DNA of 64,000 nt from Chara braunii (taxonomy: Eukaryota > Plantae > Charophyceae), in assembly GCA_003427395.1 (NCBI GenBank), contig BFEA01000010.1, positions 7,362,102 through 7,426,101 on the forward strand, given 5' to 3'. The position numbers were made by a program, and so were the translations under genes. Below, piece after piece: positions 61,946 to 64,000 of this stretch. Numbering within the stretch: position 1 is the stretch's first letter; each line of letters starts with the position of its first letter. The notes under the pieces are model-generated. The model did not search any database, had not been told where the DNA came from, and saw only the letters and a list, made by a program, of their open reading frames with translations.

Positions 61946-63473
61946 ATCTGGACCAGGCTTTTCCGAGCCGAGGCGCTCAGGACCAGACGACCACGCAGAG
62001 GCATGGTCTCAGTAGACCTTGAGCTCTGGCCCCGATGGGCAAGGGAGGCGACATCCGACACAGAGAGCTCCAGTAAGGTCTCATGGGACCGACGGGCACG
62101 TTACCGACGTCATCCGATCGGCCGGCGAGTTAGGCCGAGGCGGGCGACTAGATCTATAGGCACTCAGACAGACCTCTCAGACGTTGAGACTGGGCATATG
62201 ATTGAGGCAGGGACTAGTGCTTCACATCCCATCTTTTTGGACTGAATGAGACTACTTCTTTTGTTCCTTCCAGACGGTGTTTCATGAGCTTCGTCTTGCA
62301 TTCGTCTCGGTCTGTTACGATCCTTGTTTTCGTGGATGTGGACTGACGTGTTTTGTACAGGTTACAGGAGCCCCGACCGACCCTCCTGCGGGTGACAGAC
62401 GCGGCGCGAGGCTTAGGGTTCGGACGACGTGCCGGCAGACCCCTTCTACCGGTCGACAACGGCAATAGTCAGGTAATAGTAATCGTCGATAGATTCTCTA
62501 AGTATGCTATGTTCATTCCTTTGCACGCTGAAGCTAGAACCGAACTAGTCATACAAAAGTTTCAAATGCGATGGGTCTCTGAGTATGGATTTCCCAAAAC
62601 CATCGTATCAGATAGAGATGTTCGGTTCATCAGTCTACAATGGCAAAAGTTGATGGAAGTCTATGGAACCAGGTTGACCATGTTGTCAGGTAAGCATCCT
62701 GAAACGAATGGCCAAACTGAGCAAATGAATCGTCTCTGTCAACAACTTTTGCGAATGGATGTTCGTCCTGACCAGATTGATTGGGATTAGAACTTGCCTA
62801 AAATTGCTAGTGCATATAACAATAGTATACGTACTGTCACAGGTAGGACGCCTAACGCATTGCATAAAGGTTGGAAGCCTAGATGTCCCATTGATGCTTT
62901 AACGAGGGACCAGATTCAGAGGCTACCCCCAGGTACGCGTGAATTCGCAGTTCTGCATGAAGAAGACAATAAGAGGGTGAAGGAAAATATACAGAAAACC
63001 CAACTACACATGATTGAACAAGCTAACAAACATCGTCGTCTCAGAAACTGCTACCTGTTTACTATGGGCCCTGGGAAGTTCTCAAAGTAATTGGAGGTGA
63101 AGATGGACCTTCCTGTCGTATAGATATACCTCCACACCTCAGGACATATCCTGTCTTCCATGCGTCTAAACTGCTACCTTATGTAGAAAGTGATAATTTT
63201 CCTAATAGGTCATCTATGATTCCACCCTCCATGAATGGAGGCTATGAAGTTGAGAAAATATTGGAGCATGGTTATTTCTCTACAGGTGGTAGAGGACGAC
63301 CTCAGAAGCAGTATAGGGTAACGTTCAAGTCCCAACCCCCATCTGAAGCTAGATGGTTTAGTAGGAAAGAACTTCTACCTACTGCTCCTGATATTGTTGC
63401 TGCATATGAACGTGGGTTAACTGAGAATTGATGTATTTTCTGTGATGGAACTTGAAAACTGGGACGGCAGGAA

Positions 63474-64000
63474 TGCAATAACCCATGCCATATGTCTCGT
63501 GGAAACTGAGGCCTAACGCGACCACCCTCAGCCCAGGCCAAACAGGGGCACACGACCCCACATAAGGACTCAGGGCCTGGATGTAAGGTTGACTTTGGTC
63601 AATTGTCGGAAATTCCAACAGTCAAAGTCCAAAGGTACCTAGCCCAGGCCGCTGGTCAAGCACACACACTTGTTTGTATGCAAGTATCCAGACAACATCA
63701 GGTCCAAGGGAGAAGTCTGCAACTGTACAATCCGGGCCTTCAGCTGTGAGTCAATCTGGACAACTGTGGGAAAGGCACCCGAGGCCAGACAGCCTCGACG
63801 GCGGCTACTTAAGGTTGACCTCGTCTGAGTCAAAGCATTCAGTCTTGCTATGCTGCTTTGACGCTGGCTCGACTTTGACTAGACGCTGGTTTCATGTTGG
63901 CGCGACGCTGCCTACATGTTGGTTGTGCACAGGCGCTGCGGGCGACAGCACGAGGTGGAGGCAGCATGCTGGCGCTTCCTCAGTGCGCTAGGCTATGCTG
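63474..64000 (+). repeat. 3' LTR of gypsy C (partial)
   Basis: Matches 53014-53538; preceded by the imperfect purine tract GAAAACTGGGACGGCAGGAA. Confidence 0.93.

Larger units (their letters stand above)
59309..62458 (+). mobile_element. Large solo-LTR-like insertion (3150 bp including gap) with 4-bp TSD
   Basis: TGTCG...CGACA termini; ACGG at 59305-59308 and 62459-62462; removal restores the integrase frame; GC-rich internal minisatellites. Confidence 0.85.
59145..63431 (+). pseudogene. Integrase plus chromodomain of gypsy C, split by insertion 59309-62458
   Basis: CLVCQRNK...SISIDFMSLIKSRNG|NSQVIVIVDRFSK rejoins in frame; IVSDRDVRF; HPETNGQTE; YEVEKILEH...QYRVTFK...ARW chromodomain at 63216-63431. 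Confidence 0.92.
53014..64000 (+). mobile_element. Ty3/gypsy chromovirus-type LTR retrotransposon C (decayed; 3' LTR runs off the window)
   Basis: 53014-53538 matches 63474-64000 (both start TGCAATAACC); gag, PR, RT, RH, IN and chromodomain on the + strand. Confidence 0.95.

Overview
Eukaryotic, gene-poor, repeat-dense DNA with N gaps and many (TC)n/(AC)n tracts. No intact host gene, rRNA, tRNA or CRISPR array is visible. The element style suggests a streptophyte alga such as Chara braunii (inference only). Contents in order: a decayed Helitron Rep fragment (1-1620, -); a Nextera mate-pair junction adapter assembled into the contig (3680-3717, artefact); old Ty3/gypsy element A (6324-19544, +) with an extra upstream ORF made of three copies of an unrecognised domain, interrupted by three 8-bp-TSD hAT-type elements and one TTAA/TA-flanked TIR element; a Penelope-like remnant with N-terminal GIY-YIG and CxC linker (Chlamys/Naiad architecture) preceded by a zinc-knuckle ORF (about 24.9-27.95 kb); a truncated gag (33.3-34.3 kb, -); full-length decayed chromovirus-type gypsy B (42672-51843, -); and chromovirus-type gypsy C (53014 to window end, +) whose integrase is split by a 3.15-kb solo-LTR-like insertion with a 4-bp TSD. 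Best novelty leads: the triplicated 'YDxRxYV' domain, the two-ORF Penelope-like element, MITEs sharing a core but with different ends, the TTAA element and the ORF-bearing solo LTR. No clearly new biological system can be established from sequence alone.
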